DNA from: an uncultured Spirochaetota bacterium
GTDB taxonomy: Bacteria > Spirochaetota > Brevinematia > Brevinematales > JAOACQ01
NCBI GenBank assembly: GCA_963835575.1
Contig: CAWIGG010000002.1
Location: 864,001 to 928,000 of the forward strand
Direction: 5' to 3'
DNA length: 64,000 bases
Positions within the stretch are counted from its first letter, which is position 1. Each line of letters opens with the position of its first letter. The position numbers and the translations under genes were made by a program. Of the stretch, positions 60,199-64,000 are shown in pieces. The notes under the pieces were generated by a model. That model was not told the origin of the DNA, made no database searches, and was given only the letters and a program-made list of their open reading frames with translations.

Positions 60199-61906
60199 AA
60201 AAAACGCCCTCAATTGATTTTATAAATCGGAATAATTTTCTTTCAATATTAAATTTATCAAAATTCTCATATCTTTCATATATCAGCATCTCCCTCATGA
60301 AATACTTCTGTAAAAACTTCCATTCGGATTGTTCTATCGATTGAAAGAAAGAGGGATTAACATCAAGTGATTTCATATAATCATATATCAATTTTAATTG
60401 AGATATCATGTTATCAATTTTATGAAAATCTATCAACTGAAAATTAAATAGTTTTTCTTTATCCAATATGCTGTAATTATTTTTTGTGAAATGATCGTCC
60501 AGGTTTTCAGATACAAAATAATTGAGAAATGCTCCCTGGTAAGTACTATTGATTAAATGAATATCAGGATTGAATTTCAAAACACTGGCGGCGGATTCTT
60601 CAAACCAGCCCCTGAAATTGTTAAGTACAAAATCAGTATACAATGTCTCATTCTGGACCGGGTATAATGATTGAACCGGCATGTATTTTCTGGATAATAA
60701 AATATTCAAAAAAATGCTCTGCAGGGGATTCATCCGGCTGCTGGAGTGTATCATTTGGTAATAATGGGATGTTGAAGGAGAATGCGAGCAATAGTAAGTA
60801 TACGCGAGGTCCTGGCCCGCAAGTATGATAGGATTTCCTCCCATTAGATAAGCAAAATAAAACGCGGATGTTGAAACAGACCCCCCTGTTTCTATATCTC
60901 CGATCCTGAATCCCCCGGTTGTTTCCATCCAGTTAACTAAATCATTTTTAACGAGAAAGGAATGCCCATTGTAATCAATATCCATATGGGCGGTATTAGC
61001 CGCGAAGCTTTTTATTGATCCTGTTTGATTAATGGATTTAAAAAAATCGGGCAGACGGGGATTTACTACAACATCATAAATCAAACGGGTTTTTCTTAAA
61101 TAATCATGATCTATCAGACAAAAATCCTTTAAATTATGTATCTGCGAATCAAGAGAATAAACAAAATCAGGAATTATCCCGGCTTCATACAGCGGAATGA
61201 GCGCGGTGTCCACCGCAATAATAAAGCAATACTTATAAATATTTTCTATATTTTTCAGGGAATACTTAAGCGATGGGCCGGCTGATATGATCAGAATGGG
61301 AATATTCCGGACCGTATTAAATAATTGATTGACAAAAAAAGAACTTTTAAGATTACTGATATTTTTAATAATATTGATAAACCAGATTTCCTCAAATCTC
61401 AGGCGCGTGGCAAAATCACCCAGCTTGACTTTAAGCAGACGCTCAATACGGTCTTCAAAAGAAACGTATAATTCTTTTTTATAACATCCCCTGAGAATTA
61501 CAGTCTTTATATGGGTCAGTTTTTGCAGTTCAAATAAAGAAAATATTGTATCCAGTCTTGAAGCGTCATCTTCAGGAGAAATAACATAATAATTCTTTTT
61601 CAATTTATAAATATTTTTAAATATAGAGAATATTTCCATATTCTTTTCAATAATAATTAAATTATTAAATCCGGCTCTTTCCAGTATTTCAATGTGGTAG
61701 CCAAGACCGGAACCAATTATAATTATGAGAGTTTTTTCTTTATCCAGGGGCAAAATCTGTTCAACTAAACGGTTCGCTTCTTTTTCGCAGGAATAATAAC
61801 TATGGACATACTGGCCTTGAATGCGAAGTGTGTAATGATTGTCTTTTGTTTTAATTAAGGAAGGGTTTTGTTCTGCAAGAGTTTCTAATTTGGAATTATT
61901 AATCAT
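60185..61906 (-). CDS. Motility-associated factor (Maf) glycosyltransferase / MptE-like
   Basis: VHS.Y, GSGLGYH, SAGPSL, GGSVS, GQDLAY. Confidence 0.88.
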   Translation of the reverse strand: MINNSKLETLAEQNPSLIKTKDNHYTLRIQGQYVHSYYSCEKEANRLVEQILPLDKEKTLIIIIGSGLGYHIEILERAGFNNLIIIEKNMEIFSIFKNIYKLKKNYYVISPEDDASRLDTIFSLFELQKLTHIKTVILRGCYKKELYVSFEDRIERLLKVKLGDFATRLRFEEIWFINIIKNISNLKSSFFVNQLFNTVRNIPILIISAGPSLKYSLKNIENIYKYCFIIAVDTALIPLYEAGIIPDFVYSLDSQIHNLKDFCLIDHDYLRKTRLIYDVVVNPRLPDFFKSINQTGSIKSFAANTAHMDIDYNGHSFLVKNDLVNWMETTGGFRIGDIETGGSVSTSAFYFAYLMGGNPIILAGQDLAYTYYCSHSPSTSHYYQMIHSSSRMNPLQSIFLNILLSRKYMPVQSLYPVQNETLYTDFVLNNFRGWFEESAASVLKFNPDIHLINSTYQGAFLNYFVSENLDDHFTKNNYSILDKEKLFNFQLIDFHKIDNMISQLKLIYDYMKSLDVNPSFFQSIEQSEWKFLQKYFMREMLIYERYENFDKFNIERKLFRFIKSIEGVFYDKH

Positions 61907-61923
61907 TTATTTTTTTCTTCCTT

Positions 61924-62439
61924 TTAAATGTTAATGAGCAAAGCCAAATAAATTCCCAGGCTGGAACACACAAATCCCAGCAGTATTCCGGCAAGAATAT
62001 CAGATGGATAATGCACACCTAAATATATTCTGGAAAAAGCGATAAGACTTGCTAAAACATAAAAAGGTATGGATAAAAGAGGGTGATAATAATAAAGTAC
62101 AAAAGCTATGGTAAAAGCTCCTGCTGTATGACCGGATGGAAAAGAAAAACGGTCAGGAGGCTTAATTGCATAAGATATTTCCTCATGCTTAACATAAGGT
62201 CTTTGACGGTTGAAAATATGCTTGATAATCATCTGCAAAGCGACTTGAATAAGAGAACTAAAAGTCAGGGCAATGCCGGTCGATACCTCGCCGCCAGTTG
62301 TCAGTTCTCCTTCCTGAAGTATGCCGATAAGAAGAAATATGGCGCAGAGAAAAAACCATACAAAACCATCCCCGATTCTGCTCATAAGCCTCATAAATGC
62401 TGTAAGGACCCTGAACCTTCTTTTTGACAAAAAATGCAC
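61924..62439 (-). CDS. PAP2 family phosphatase (start uncertain)
   Basis: K..F.R.RP, SFPSGH, SRIYLGVHYPSD. Confidence 0.92.
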   Translation of the reverse strand: MHFLSKRRFRVLTAFMRLMSRIGDGFVWFFLCAIFLLIGILQEGELTTGGEVSTGIALTFSSLIQVALQMIIKHIFNRQRPYVKHEEISYAIKPPDRFSFPSGHTAGAFTIAFVLYYYHPLLSIPFYVLASLIAFSRIYLGVHYPSDILAGILLGFVCSSLGIYLALLINI

Positions 62440-62581
62440 AAAATTTTTATCAATATACCGCCATTTGAGATTTTTTTTGATTTTTTTAATATCTTTTTTT
62501 TCTTGCCCAATCTGTTCCTCTTTGTTATAAAAATTCCGGTTTTTAAAGTCTCAAATAAGCGGGTGACAACATAAAAGATAT

Positions 62582-63073
62582 TTAATTTTTGTTTGTCAAA
62601 TAATTTTTTCGGTATTCCTGCTTAACTTTATGAAGAATTCCATTAATATAATTTGACGTATTATCATCACTATAATCGTTAGCAAGTTCATTCGCTTCTG
62701 AAATAGTGACTTCAATTGGAATATCAAAGCGGTATAAAATGGAATAAATAGAAAGACGAAGAATTGCTTTGTCGACAGAATGAAGACGGTTAAAACTCCA
62801 GTTTACCAGATGTTTTTTTATAATTTCGTCAATTCTATCCAGGTTGGATATTGTTCCGCTGAGTAGTTCAGTGCCGAATTTATATACTTCTTTTCTCTTA
62901 TCTTCCGGTATAAATAATATCTCTTCATTGTCATTCTTGTTTTGAGTCATATTTTCATACCATTCAAAAGAAGAGATCTCATGGAGTGAAAGAGGGTAGA
63001 TATCATAAATATAGAGGGACAGAAAAACTAATTCCCTCCCTAATTCCCTGACTCCATGTTTTATGGAGAGCAT
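62582..63073 (-). CDS. nusB: Transcription antitermination factor NusB
   Basis: NWSFNRL..VDKAILRL, ISEANELA, YINGIL. Confidence 0.93.
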   Translation of the reverse strand: MLSIKHGVRELGRELVFLSLYIYDIYPLSLHEISSFEWYENMTQNKNDNEEILFIPEDKRKEVYKFGTELLSGTISNLDRIDEIIKKHLVNWSFNRLHSVDKAILRLSIYSILYRFDIPIEVTISEANELANDYSDDNTSNYINGILHKVKQEYRKNYLTNKN

Positions 63074-63089
63074 TTGCTCAAAATACCTG

Positions 63090-63554
63090 CTATTTAATCT
63101 GTGAATAAAGGCTGGACATTTCTACAGCCGATATAACGGCATCGTAGCCTTTATTGCCGCTTTTAGTGCCGGCCCTGTCAATAGCCTGATCCATATCATC
63201 TGCTGTTATTAAGCCGTAGATAACAGGAATTGTACCCTCTGCCGACAGCTCCATGATCGCTTTGGCTGAATTAGAAGCGACATATTCAAAATGAGGAGTC
63301 TGGCCGCGAATAATTACGCCGAGGCAGACAATAGCCTGATATTTATTCTGGGCCAGAAGTTTCCGGCAAAGGCCGGCTATCTCGTAGCTTCCCGTCACTT
63401 TAAAAACGTCAAGTTTTGCCGGATCGCCGTTTAATTGTTCAAAGGCGTTAAGCGCTCCATCCAGCAGTTTGTCGCCGATGAATGAATTAAATTTGCTGAG
63501 TACAACAGCCAGGCTCATTCCCTTTGCGGATAATTTACCTTCGTATATATTCAT
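63090..63554 (-). CDS. ribH: 6,7-dimethyl-8-ribityllumazine synthase
   Basis: SKFN, GSYEI, IRGQTPHFEYV, RAGTKSGNKG. Confidence 0.96.
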   Translation of the reverse strand: MNIYEGKLSAKGMSLAVVLSKFNSFIGDKLLDGALNAFEQLNGDPAKLDVFKVTGSYEIAGLCRKLLAQNKYQAIVCLGVIIRGQTPHFEYVASNSAKAIMELSAEGTIPVIYGLITADDMDQAIDRAGTKSGNKGYDAVISAVEMSSLYSQIK

Positions 63555-64000
63555 CGTAAGCTCCTTCATAAGATTTATCAATTATACTAATAGAAATTTC
63601 TCCATTATTGATTTTGTCTATAATATATTGCTGAATTATTTTTTTAATTCTTTCTTCTTTTAATAAATTTTCCAGGAGAGGTCTGGCTTCTTCAAAAGTG
63701 CTTTGATGTACCGGTTTTCGACTTATAATTTTTAGTATTAAGTAATGCATTTTATCCGGTGAATTACGGAAATTGATGACTTCAGGTCCGAGTACAGTCC
63801 CATTTTTAATCTTGATTGGAACTTTAGCATTGGGTATGTTAGTCATCAGGGATATAGATAATAATTCCTCCGGATAGCCGGAATTATAAAGTTCATATAC
63901 ACTTTTGGTCCCTGTTCTGCCGGAATATGGCTCGGGATTTATAATCTTTCTATAATTATTTAATAACGGAGTAATATCATCGCTTTTTTTTAAAGCATCA
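63535..64000 (-). CDS. Partial CDS, possibly the C-terminus of a SurA/PpiC-like chaperone
   Basis: Frame open to the window edge; C-terminal TFEEARP..L..ER helix. Confidence 0.4.
   Translation of the reverse strand, partial: DALKKSDDITPLLNNYRKIINPEPYSGRTGTKSVYELYNSGYPEELLSISLMTNIPNAKVPIKIKNGTVLGPEVINFRNSPDKMHYLILKIISRKPVHQSTFEEARPLLENLLKEERIKKIIQQYIIDKINNGEISISIIDKSYEGAYDEYIRR

Overview
This is an AT-rich bacterial chromosomal segment, most likely from a spirochaete. That assignment is inferred from rpsT-hup synteny, a DUF1577/PilZ-like protein, a TPR-NHL-vWA protein, flgI, maf and rplU-prp-rpmA. 1-3.5 kb holds a TPR/NHL/vWA protein, a PLD lipoprotein and ruvA. 3.7-28.4 kb is a large surface-glycan locus: acyltransferase, two Gtr-like lipid-linked modification sets, Wzx, Wzy/WaaL-like, GT2/GT4/GT47, methyltransferases, FdtA/FdtB-like, fcl and gmd. 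Its GDP-fucose end is scarred, with an internally deleted gmd pseudogene, two MNT-HEPN toxin-antitoxin (TA) pairs flanking fcl, and a duplicate fcl 3' end. 28.6-32.7 kb is a TA islet (DUF4258/DUF2283, PIN pair, hicAB broken by an IS256) punctuated by heptamer and decamer short repeats. 32.8-64 kb is mostly housekeeping: gatA, plsY, a BtuF-like gene split by an IS5, flgI, rplU-prp-rpmA, dksA, mltG, hup, rpsT, ruvB, dnaE, queD, folE2, cysE, tRNA-Arg(CCT), maf, nusB and ribH. The main unannotated signals are a three-copy tri-hairpin MITE/REP-like element (one copy shows a target duplication inside a gene), a perfect sigma-54 promoter facing a C-rich-loop hairpin (candidate sRNA), a 20-bp RNA stem in the rplU leader, and a terminator-like hairpin between the tRNA promoter and the tRNA. 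No CRISPR array, rRNA or integrase was seen. All family assignments come from motif recognition, not database searches.
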